Source: a bacterium (GTDB lineage: Bacteria; Patescibacteriota; Patescibacteriia; Buchananbacterales; UBA6539). Taken from it: a DNA stretch of 24,433 nucleotides. The position numbers and the translations under genes were made by a program. The DNA lies in contig JAHFHR010000001.1 in assembly GCA_023246815.1 (NCBI GenBank), positions 1 to 24,433 on the forward strand, in the 5' to 3' direction. Shown here piece after piece: positions 9,518-17,859 of the stretch (position 1 is the stretch's first letter; every line of letters begins with the position of its first letter). A model generated the notes under the pieces. The model was given only the letters and a program-made list of their open reading frames with translations. It was not told the origin of the DNA and made no database searches.

Positions 9518-11013
9518 CCTCTGTTGATCCAAAAGAGCTACTGATTGCCATGGTTACGCGGCAACCGGACGTGCCAGTGCTGATTGCCGGTGATCACATC
9601 GTGACCCATCGGCAGTTTTTAACGCTGGTTGAACACGCTGAGGCTAAACTTGATCAACTTGGCGTGACTCCGGGCAGCACTGTTGGTGTGGTTTTGCCCA
9701 ATAGTCTTGAGCTGCTCGTGCTCACTCATGCGATACTATGGCGCAAGGCCATTGTGTTTCCTATTGCACCGACGGTTACGCCAGCTGAACTTACTCAGCT
9801 TGTTGGTCCGACCACGCTTGCATTGTGCATTGTCCCACCTTTTTTATCGTCGCTTACTGCCACATCCTTTGCGGCGAAAGTTGTCCAGGTTACTACTGAT
9901 TATGCCTCATTAGACTTGATTGTGGTGACATCCGACAGCACGCTTGTTCCAAGTTTGGTCGCACCATTCTCTGCAGGTAATCCCTATGTTGTTCGCCTTG
10001 TCTCTTCTGGCACCTCGGGCGCCTATAAACAGGTACTGCATACCGCCGCAGCCCTGTTTGCTATGGGCGCCAACCTTACGACCGCATACCACTATCGGAT
10101 TGGCGCGGAGCGCGCGATGATGCTGGTGCCACCGAGTCATCTTATTGGTTTTGGCTATTTAATGTCGCCTATTTATTTCGGTTGGACTAACATTATTACC
10201 AATGGCTTTGTTCCACAACAGTTTATTGCCGAACTGCAGCACCATCGCGCCACCCTACTGTTTGCCACGCCATTTATTTTTGAAACCCTTGCCAAAGTCG
10301 CTCCTGCTGATCTTGATTTGTCGCACTTACAAAAGGCGGTATCTAGCGGTGGGCCTTTGTCTGAGGCCGTGTATCGCAGCTTTACCAGTCGGTGCCGAGC
10401 GTCGCTACACATAATGTATGGCTCCACTGAAGCAACAATTGTGACCGCCCGAATTGATGATGGAAATTATTCTGGAACAGATGTTGGTAAGCCGGTTGCT
10501 GACATGATTGTTAAAGTTTTTGATGATCAAAAGAATGAATTACCAACTGGATCAGTTGGTAATGTCGCCGTATCCGGCCCTACGGTTATTAGCGGGTATT
10601 TCAACAATGACCGGGCCAACGTAGAATTGTTTGTTAATAATTTTTTACTAATGGGCGATCGTGGATTTCTTGATGCTACTGGCAATCTGCATATTGTCGG
10701 TAGAACAAATTTGGTAATCAGCGTCGGCGGACTCAAGGTTGATATTATGGAAGTTGAGGCCGTACTTGCCGGGCACCCTAGCGTTGCCGAAGCACTGGTG
10801 TATGGCGTGTCACAGGCCAGTACTGAAGTGGTCAAAGCTGCGGTCGTATGTACTGATACGACCTTGACTACTGAAGCCCTCATGCAACACTGCCGCGACC
10901 ATTTGTCTGACTACAAAGTTCCCAAAGAGATTATTTTTGTGCCCCAGCTCCCCCGCAGCGCTACTGGCAAAGTAGTGCGCGGCGATGTCGCGGCCTTATT
11001 GAGTAAAAAATAA
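9514..11013 (+). CDS. Class I adenylate-forming enzyme (acyl-CoA / acyl-ACP synthetase-like)
   Basis: SSGTSG..K P-loop, PPSHLIG, YGSTE, GDRG, GR, EVE and PRSATGK motifs. Confidence 0.9.
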   Translation: MTSVDPKELLIAMVTRQPDVPVLIAGDHIVTHRQFLTLVEHAEAKLDQLGVTPGSTVGVVLPNSLELLVLTHAILWRKAIVFPIAPTVTPAELTQLVGPTTLALCIVPPFLSSLTATSFAAKVVQVTTDYASLDLIVVTSDSTLVPSLVAPFSAGNPYVVRLVSSGTSGAYKQVLHTAAALFAMGANLTTAYHYRIGAERAMMLVPPSHLIGFGYLMSPIYFGWTNIITNGFVPQQFIAELQHHRATLLFATPFIFETLAKVAPADLDLSHLQKAVSSGGPLSEAVYRSFTSRCRASLHIMYGSTEATIVTARIDDGNYSGTDVGKPVADMIVKVFDDQKNELPTGSVGNVAVSGPTVISGYFNNDRANVELFVNNFLLMGDRGFLDATGNLHIVGRTNLVISVGGLKVDIMEVEAVLAGHPSVAEALVYGVSQASTEVVKAAVVCTDTTLTTEALMQHCRDHLSDYKVPKEIIFVPQLPRSATGKVVRGDVAALLSKK

Positions 11014-11819
11014 TGTCCATCCCAACTCCTAAGCGCGTAGCCGTTGTTATTTATTCACTAGTACGTCAGCGCGCGCGAGCACTACCCGCAGCTATAGTCT
11101 CTCTTGCATGGGTGTTACCGCGACTGCCCTATCTTCTGCGCTCTATTCATGCTATTAAAAACGCGGTTCGTCCAGCTGAATCAACGATTCGGTTTTTTTT
11201 TCAGATGCGGCGCTTTCAGAATTTGTATGCTCGTTCAGACTATATCCAAAATTTTCGTAGTAAAAATATTGTTTCTGACGAAGCTGCTGCCGCGCAGTCC
11301 AGCACGCGACCGATTATTTATTTAAGCTGGCATCACGGCGCCGGACGCATTGAAGAGCTCTCGCGGCGCGCTGACCCCCAAGCCTATATTTTTAGCGCTT
11401 ACAGCTTTACAACGCCTCGCACGCTGCCGGCTGATCATCAAGCGCTGGTGAAGATGTCCAAGATACTCGCTGCTGGTGGACGTCTGGTTATTACCTTTGA
11501 CGGGCAGTTTGGCCAGCTTGATCTGGAGAATAGTATTTTTGGGGTGCCGCAAAATTTATCTAGCTCCTTTTTATATCTGATTAAACTCCACAATCCAGTG
11601 TGCATTCCAATGACGTTTTACGCGCATGATACTGGCGAGGTTGATATTTTTTACGGCCCTGATTTGAATGCTTCCGGCGCACTTACTCGCCGTGAGTATA
11701 GCGATGGGCTGCAGCATGTCTTGGAATATTTTACCCAAGATTTTTTAGCACACGGCTCGTATCAGATTGATTATCGTTTTTTACTTTATCCCGAACGAAT
11801 TAAACTATTGCCGTGGTAA
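11013..11819 (+). CDS. LPLAT-fold acyltransferase, LpxL/HtrB- or PatA-like (divergent)
   Basis: IIYLSWHHG, LAAGGRLVITFDG, IFGVP and PVCIP blocks correspond by eye to LpxL-like blocks; TAATG coupling to the ligase; catalytic HX4D/E spacing is not canonical. Confidence 0.55.
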   Translation: MSIPTPKRVAVVIYSLVRQRARALPAAIVSLAWVLPRLPYLLRSIHAIKNAVRPAESTIRFFFQMRRFQNLYARSDYIQNFRSKNIVSDEAAAAQSSTRPIIYLSWHHGAGRIEELSRRADPQAYIFSAYSFTTPRTLPADHQALVKMSKILAAGGRLVITFDGQFGQLDLENSIFGVPQNLSSSFLYLIKLHNPVCIPMTFYAHDTGEVDIFYGPDLNASGALTRREYSDGLQHVLEYFTQDFLAHGSYQIDYRFLLYPERIKLLPW

Positions 11820-11840
11820 TTTTTATCACGGCGGTAGTAT

Positions 11841-11879
11841 CAAAACTCCTCCCGGAACATCTTTTAGGGAGGAGTTTTG
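11841..11879. terminator. Bidirectional terminator between convergent operons
   Basis: Perfect 13-bp stem CAAAACTCCTCCC(11841-11853)/GGGAGGAGTTTTG(11867-11879), with T-runs at the stem base on both strands. Confidence 0.8.
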
Positions 11880-11886
11880 TACTGTT

Positions 11887-11940
11887 TTGTCGACTATGTT
11901 GTTGGCGTGGTTGTCGACTATGTTGTTGGCGTGGTTGTCG
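11887..11940. repeat. 24-bp tandem repeat (2.25 copies) spanning the giant gene's stop codon
   Basis: TTGTCGACTATGTTGTTGGCGTGG at 11887-11910 and 11911-11934, plus partial TTGTCG at 11935-11940. Confidence 0.95.
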
Positions 11941-14900
11941 GTGTTGCTGCTGGCGCTGGAGTGCCCGGTGGTTCAATGACACAGCTGCCGTCATCTTGGG
12001 TCGCATCGGCATTAAAATTATTTGCATCGGCGTTGGTACAACCAAGTACTGTTGCCGGGGGTTCTGACTGCTCAGCCCCCTCATTGGCAATCTCAGGCCC
12101 AGGTTGTGGTTTGTTGTCCGAACCAGCCAAGATTAGTATTGTTTTTGACAGCTCAACTTCATTCGTGCCATCTGACACAATAACGCGCACCGTCATCTCG
12201 GTATTTTCCGTTGGCAAATCACCTTCGTTTGCCTGCCAATACACAATGCCTGATTTTCCATCTACTTTGCCGATGTGCGGGGACAGTACCCAGCGGTAAC
12301 GCAGATCTTTGTTTTCGGTGTCGGGGTCGGTAACCTGCGCCCAGAATTCAACGGGCACACCAGCGCCTACTGATTGATGCGAGAGTATTAAGTCGTTGAT
12401 TACTGGCGCGGTTTTACTGGCTGCCAAACTGCCGTCAATAGCAAGCGCGATCCAGTCAAAGGTGACTGACTCATTCACCGTGTTTTCCAGCGCAATGGTG
12501 AAGCCAGTGGCGGTTTTGTCAATAATTTTCCAGTTGACAAATACGGCAGAGTCGTCAGACAAGTTGGCCACGATTTTCGGCACCGTGCCATACTCACCAT
12601 CAAAAGTTACCTGAGTACTGGTCGCATTGGCTTTTACTACAGCACTGCCAGCCTGATCACCTGAAACATAAAGTTTACCCAAGATTTTAACGTCTTTTCT
12701 AAAGACAACAATGTGTTCAAATTGAGCTTCGCCTTTGACAACGATCGTACCATAAAATGTGGCGGCTTGGTTAACGATTAGCCTGTCATTGTAGGTTACT
12801 GGTGCACGGTAGATTACTTCACCAGTTACTTCAACTGGTTGATCAATGTACAAGGTGTTTGCAGCTACATTTGGACTTTGACCTTCTTGGGCAGTTGGAT
12901 TGCTGGAACCTTGGAGTAAGCCTTGGATCTGTTCTTGTTGCTGTTGGAGGGCTCGAATAATGACCGGTGCAAATTTATTGTAATCAATAGACCAGATGTG
13001 TGTATCGTCACCAGGGTGGACTGCTTCCGGGATAATATCTAACACTTCCTGTGCAACAAGACCGATAGTATTAAATCCTTCCCCGGTGAGTACCAGTTCG
13101 CCATCCACAAATGTAGCTCCGAATTGATTATATCGTTTTGGTTTCAGTTTCATGATTTCAGCAATACCATAATCAAGTTGTTGTTGATTTTTTTTAATAC
13201 GATCATCAGAGCTGTCTGTCCAACCGATGGCATTTCCATAACCCGTATTGCCTGATCCTGCTAGTGGTAGTACCACTGAGTAGCCGGTCGCGCTAGTGTC
13301 AATAGCACCACTGTCCAGGGCAACATTTCCGGTTGAACCATGAATCGCCAGTCCAGTATTGGTACCCAACACCCCCCCATTCTGACTTGCTGCATAGCTG
13401 ATCATAAACTGGTCGCCAGTACTTGAGTTATCAATACCCATGATATAGTCAACACCTGAAGCAACTGCAAATTCAAGTGCCGCATCGCCAGTACTATCTT
13501 GTTCAATATACAATTCAGGAGTAGCTGTATCGGTGTCACTAACATATACGTGCAAGTTAGAGCCAGGGGCGGCAGTGCCAATACCGACATTACCCGTTCC
13601 TAAATATACATTATTAGCTGAAGCATTATATATTGAATAATTAGTTGTTCCAGCAGGTCGTGTACCAATTAACAGCCCAATTTCTTCTGATGCAAATCCT
13701 GTTTCTTCAACGATATTTAATCCAACATAGCTCCTCATAGCATCTGCCGTACCACTATAGGTAGAGTTAATCCTCATAGCGTATCCGTCACTAGAAACTT
13801 CTGCACCTGATTCGTCAAATAAAGGGATAAGATAAAGACCATGACCATCATCAGCATTACTACTAAAATCAACCTCTCCATCAATTAACACTATACCATC
13901 GACACTAGCTGAAGTATCAGATAATGTTCCACCAAAACGAACTTGTGAAACATTGTCCAATGAAGAACCAAACGCTGATTGGCTAGAGGCGGTAAAGTTG
14001 CCCGTGGTTGTGGCGTTGCGGCCGACATATAAATCACCAGTACCAAGAGCAGGTGTTATACCAAATGTTTTACCAATCTGGACGTACCCAGTGGTTGAAG
14101 CATTGCCTGATGAATCAATAGTGAACAGCTCACCTGAGCCGACCGTGAAAAGCGATGCTGGCGAGGTATCACCGATACCAAAATCCCCGCCATTGAAATA
14201 CGAATCAGCTGCTGTGTGCAATAATACATCTGCATTACCAGAAAGATCGTAAAGGTTTATTAGAGAATCTCCAGCACTACTTTGTTTTAAATTTATACCA
14301 GGTGTTCCAAATCTATTTGTAGCTTCTAGGTAATCTCCTGATGTTCCCCAATTAAAGAGTTTGAGAGCATAAATACTGTCCGTTCCATTCTTTTCAACAG
14401 TAAGCCCTGCCGAAGTATCTGGAGTGGTAGTACCAACACCAACACTATTAGTATCAGCCTGCACGACAAGGGTTGTGCCGTCCACCGTAAGATTGCCGGT
14501 GGTGGTGGCATTGTTACCGACCCACAAATCACCTGAGCTAAGCGCTCTACCATTATTTGCCTTTCCAATATTGAGGTAACCAGTAGTTGAGGCATTACCT
14601 GATGAATCAATGGTGAACAGGTCACCACTGCCAACCGTGAATAGCTGGCTTGGTGTTCCATCGCCAATACCGATGTTACCGGTTTCTTCAACGAATAAGG
14701 CTGTGGTTGCTGAACCAGCAGTATTAGGACGTACTTGTAGTGCGATAGAACCGGTGTTTACTGCTGCCCCTTTTTCAAAAAGAATTCGGGCAATGGCACT
14801 TTTGTCAGCGGTGGCAGTAGTATCGAAATTCATTACGTCAATTTGAGCTACATCTCCGTCAGCACTGGTTCTTAAGCCTTGCAACTCAGTAATCGCCGAT

Positions 14901-17425
14901 GAACCAGTGCCAGAGTTAATACCAGCAAGCTGGAAGTAGGTGGTTGCATTACCCGCTACTGATAAAGTTCTTTTAGGAGTAGTAGTCCCAACACCAACAC
15001 GGTCAGTGTCTGCCTGAACCACTAAAGTCGTTGCATCAACAGTTAGGTTTCCTGTAGTGGTGGCGTTGTTACCGACCCATAAATCACCCGAGCTAAGCGC
15101 TCTACCATTATTTGCCTTTCCAATATTGAGATAGCCAGTGGTTGAAGCGTTACCCGATGAATCAATGGTGAACAAGTCACCATTACCAACTACAAATGAT
15201 TGACTTGGGGTTAGATCTAGGATGCCTACTCTATTAGTATCGGCTTGTACTATGAAGGTACTTGCATCAACCGTAAGATTGCCGGTGGTGGTGGCATTAT
15301 TACTAACCCACAAGTCACCTGAACTTAATGATCGTCCATTATTCGCCTTCCCAACATTTAGGTACCCGGTGGTTGAGGCGTTACCTGATGAATCAACGGT
15401 GAACAGTTCACCTGAACCAACTGTGAAGAGGCTGGCTGGAGAGGTGTCGCCGATACCGACATTACCAGCAAAATAGTTATACGCATTGGAGTCTGAAGCG
15501 TAAAATGAGAATGGCGTATTGGTTTGTGTGCCGGTGGTAATATCCCCAATATACGCTCCATAAGTAGTACCAATAGTTCCGGCATTGGTGATGTCTCGAA
15601 CACGTAGTCCATAAGCAGTAGTCATAACACCAGATGAATTTTGAATCATAGTGTCAAGGCCAACAGCAAGAGTGACTGTTTGGCCGCCGCTATTAGTCAC
15701 AAATGAAAATTCCCCGATAGCTCCTCCAAGTGTTCCGGTGCCAAGGTGTCGCGCTTGATTACTAGCTCCAAAAATAGTTAGGTTAGTAAGTGCAGTACTA
15801 TTACCAGAGGGAACGGTGGTCAGTGAATACAGACCTTGAATATTTTTAGCAGTACTGGGGTCGGCAGCCAAATTGGCACTTGTATCTATATAAAAAGCTC
15901 GCAATGGTTGGGTGAAGCTTTCATTGGTGAACTGTTGATTAAATACAGTTCCAACGGTTAGAGCTTGGCCAGCCGTATCGGTGTAAGAACCAAGACTGTT
16001 AAGGGCTTGCAGGTGGAGTAGCCCGACGGGTGAAGCAGTGCCAATACCAATGCGGATATCTTCTTTTGCAGCCCCTGTTTGTACAATAAAGGTTGACGTT
16101 GATACCGAGAAGTTTCCAGTGGTGGTGGCATTGTTACTCACCCACAAATCACCTGAGCTAAGCGCTCTACCATTATTCGCTTTTCCAACATTTAAGTACC
16201 CGGTGGTTGAAGCGTTACCCGATGAATCAATGGTGAACAAGTCACCATTACCAACTGTAAATGCCTGAGATGGTGAAAGGTCTAAAATACCAACTCTGTT
16301 ATTGTCAGCCTGTACAATAAAGGTGCTACTATCTACCGTGAGATTGCCGGTGGTGGTGGCATTATTACTCACCCATAAATCACCAGCACTATTGGGCCCG
16401 GTTGGGTTTGCAGTGCCTATTAACAACTTACCGGTAGTGGTAGTGCTGCCAAATACCGACAAATCTGTTCGCACCTGCAATGGTGAGTAGGCGTAAATGC
16501 GTTCTACCTGGAGATCCTTGCCCTGGGCAATCGTCACATTAGTTTGGAAGGTGGTAGTAGCAGTGCTACTATTTGCCGCATTATTGATTTCGTTGACTGA
16601 AAATATACCAGTGGTAGTAGCATTACCGTCAATACGCAAGTCACGTACTGTTGAAGATGCCGTAATATACAATCCAATGTTCGTGCTGGTTGGCGTGATC
16701 GCCCGGTCAAAGGCGTAACTCCAGTATGACAAGCCATTCGCGCCCGTGAGCTGGGCGGCATCAAAGAACAAATTATTTCCAGAAACATACAGGTTGTTAA
16801 AGTTTGCAATATTATCGCCATCACCACCAAAAATTAGATTGGTACTGGTAGCTCTTGTTGAGGATACTCCCCCGTCAAATAAGTTTAAGGTTTTTTTGCT
16901 ATCATAAGCTGGTAGATAATTTGCCACTGCCTTAGTATTGGTGGCATGGAAACCATCAACGGTGTCGGCGTTGAAGGCGTATGGCACAGCGGTTAATCGT
17001 TTTCTGGTACCAAACGCCTCTTCCCAGGTGCCATTACCGTTAGCATCAATGTGTACCTGAAGGTAGAGGCTGTCGCTGTTAAAGTTCACCCCAGCAATTG
17101 ACGAGATGCTCCCCAAGCTGACACTAAATATTCCATTGACCGTGGTCACTTGGGTTGAGGTTGATGTCCAGCGCTCAGTCCAAAGTAGATTCCCTCCGCT
17201 ACTCGCATCGTAGAGCCTGAATCTAAAGGCCCAGCTACCATTTGACACTTGATTGCCACTGGTGTCCGTGAGTTTGCCTTGGTAGTTGAGCTGACTGTTG
17301 ATGCCGGTAGCGGCACGAACTTCACCACTGTCAAGCGCCAAACCAAAACCAAGCAACGCTACCATCAGTGCTGGGAGTACCAGTGGCGCGCAGTATCGCT
17401 TGAATTTAGTTAGAAGCTCGTACAT
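11918..17425 (-). CDS. Giant secreted repeat fibre/adhesin-like protein with internal Peptidase_S74 intramolecular chaperone
   Basis: 1835 aa; signal-peptide-like N-terminus (…VRA|A); NYQGKLTD…VPYA domain; GIG/GVGTxxP modules; SDDRIKKN…IGLVAQEV…IDY…ALQ chaperone at ~12918-13210; Ig-like domain and GCT…DDGSC motif at the C-terminus. Confidence 0.9.
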   Translation of the reverse strand: MYELLTKFKRYCAPLVLPALMVALLGFGLALDSGEVRAATGINSQLNYQGKLTDTSGNQVSNGSWAFRFRLYDASSGGNLLWTERWTSTSTQVTTVNGIFSVSLGSISSIAGVNFNSDSLYLQVHIDANGNGTWEEAFGTRKRLTAVPYAFNADTVDGFHATNTKAVANYLPAYDSKKTLNLFDGGVSSTRATSTNLIFGGDGDNIANFNNLYVSGNNLFFDAAQLTGANGLSYWSYAFDRAITPTSTNIGLYITASSTVRDLRIDGNATTTGIFSVNEINNAANSSTATTTFQTNVTIAQGKDLQVERIYAYSPLQVRTDLSVFGSTTTTGKLLIGTANPTGPNSAGDLWVSNNATTTGNLTVDSSTFIVQADNNRVGILDLSPSQAFTVGNGDLFTIDSSGNASTTGYLNVGKANNGRALSSGDLWVSNNATTTGNFSVSTSTFIVQTGAAKEDIRIGIGTASPVGLLHLQALNSLGSYTDTAGQALTVGTVFNQQFTNESFTQPLRAFYIDTSANLAADPSTAKNIQGLYSLTTVPSGNSTALTNLTIFGASNQARHLGTGTLGGAIGEFSFVTNSGGQTVTLAVGLDTMIQNSSGVMTTAYGLRVRDITNAGTIGTTYGAYIGDITTGTQTNTPFSFYASDSNAYNYFAGNVGIGDTSPASLFTVGSGELFTVDSSGNASTTGYLNVGKANNGRSLSSGDLWVSNNATTTGNLTVDASTFIVQADTNRVGILDLTPSQSFVVGNGDLFTIDSSGNASTTGYLNIGKANNGRALSSGDLWVGNNATTTGNLTVDATTLVVQADTDRVGVGTTTPKRTLSVAGNATTYFQLAGINSGTGSSAITELQGLRTSADGDVAQIDVMNFDTTATADKSAIARILFEKGAAVNTGSIALQVRPNTAGSATTALFVEETGNIGIGDGTPSQLFTVGSGDLFTIDSSGNASTTGYLNIGKANNGRALSSGDLWVGNNATTTGNLTVDGTTLVVQADTNSVGVGTTTPDTSAGLTVEKNGTDSIYALKLFNWGTSGDYLEATNRFGTPGINLKQSSAGDSLINLYDLSGNADVLLHTAADSYFNGGDFGIGDTSPASLFTVGSGELFTIDSSGNASTTGYVQIGKTFGITPALGTGDLYVGRNATTTGNFTASSQSAFGSSLDNVSQVRFGGTLSDTSASVDGIVLIDGEVDFSSNADDGHGLYLIPLFDESGAEVSSDGYAMRINSTYSGTADAMRSYVGLNIVEETGFASEEIGLLIGTRPAGTTNYSIYNASANNVYLGTGNVGIGTAAPGSNLHVYVSDTDTATPELYIEQDSTGDAALEFAVASGVDYIMGIDNSSTGDQFMISYAASQNGGVLGTNTGLAIHGSTGNVALDSGAIDTSATGYSVVLPLAGSGNTGYGNAIGWTDSSDDRIKKNQQQLDYGIAEIMKLKPKRYNQFGATFVDGELVLTGEGFNTIGLVAQEVLDIIPEAVHPGDDTHIWSIDYNKFAPVIIRALQQQQEQIQGLLQGSSNPTAQEGQSPNVAANTLYIDQPVEVTGEVIYRAPVTYNDRLIVNQAATFYGTIVVKGEAQFEHIVVFRKDVKILGKLYVSGDQAGSAVVKANATSTQVTFDGEYGTVPKIVANLSDDSAVFVNWKIIDKTATGFTIALENTVNESVTFDWIALAIDGSLAASKTAPVINDLILSHQSVGAGVPVEFWAQVTDPDTENKDLRYRWVLSPHIGKVDGKSGIVYWQANEGDLPTENTEMTVRVIVSDGTNEVELSKTILILAGSDNKPQPGPEIANEGAEQSEPPATVLGCTNADANNFNADATQDDGSCVIEPPGTPAPAATPTTTPTT
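13991..16291 (-). repeat. Five intragenic ~231-bp (77-aa) repeat units
   Basis: Units at 16049-16291, 15227-15457, 14996-15226, 14441-14671 and degenerate ~13991-14179; core FT(I/V)DSSGNASTTGY…GD(L)W/YV.NNATTTGN; a partial copy precedes the first (~16292-16445). Confidence 0.9.
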
Positions 17426-17562
17426 GGTTAATTATCGTTGGTAGTAAAAGTTTGTCTTTAGGAAACTAGAAATTTCGCCAGTATATTTTTCTAGCGAATG
17501 GTAAAAATGTTGTTGATGGCAACTCCAGACATACATGGCACAATTTAAAACACCCAAAAGCC

Positions 17563-17814
17563 TTACGCTCCAACTAAGTGTGAAGCGGCTGTTGCGTGTT
17601 GGTTCTTGTGAACGTTGTGGCCACTGCGGAAATAGTCGGTGGCGTGAACCAACCGAATAATTTCGTCGACCTGCGCTTGACTGTAACAACGCCAGCCGCG
17701 ACTGTCGCGGTGCGCTTTGGGAATCAGTCCTTCCTCTTCCCAGCGAATGACGGTTGTTTTGTTGCGGTCGATCTCCCGCAGGATGTCCTGGAGTCGATAA
17801 TAGCCTGCTATCAT
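17563..17814 (-). CDS. Stand-alone MerR-type helix-turn-helix protein
   Basis: 83 aa from ATG 17814 with GGAG upstream; YRLQDIL…KTTVIRWEEEGLIP…RDSRGWRCY matches the MerR HTH pattern; no effector or dimerisation domain. Confidence 0.85.
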   Translation of the reverse strand: MIAGYYRLQDILREIDRNKTTVIRWEEEGLIPKAHRDSRGWRCYSQAQVDEIIRLVHATDYFRSGHNVHKNQHATAASHLVGA

Positions 17815-17859
17815 AGTGCTCCGTTTTGTTATTTTTATCTTTGTTTTTGTATAGTGCCG

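Noticed and set aside
8907-11819. dlt-type D-alanylation or an NRPS/PKS cluster
   Set aside because: The ligase has the acyl-CoA-synthetase-type PxxHxxG motif rather than the NRPS FDxS motif; no MBOAT, condensation or ketosynthase gene.
13991-16445. Repeat-spacer pattern as a CRISPR array
   Set aside because: Units are ~231 bp, in frame within one ORF and diverge at synonymous sites; no cas genes are present.
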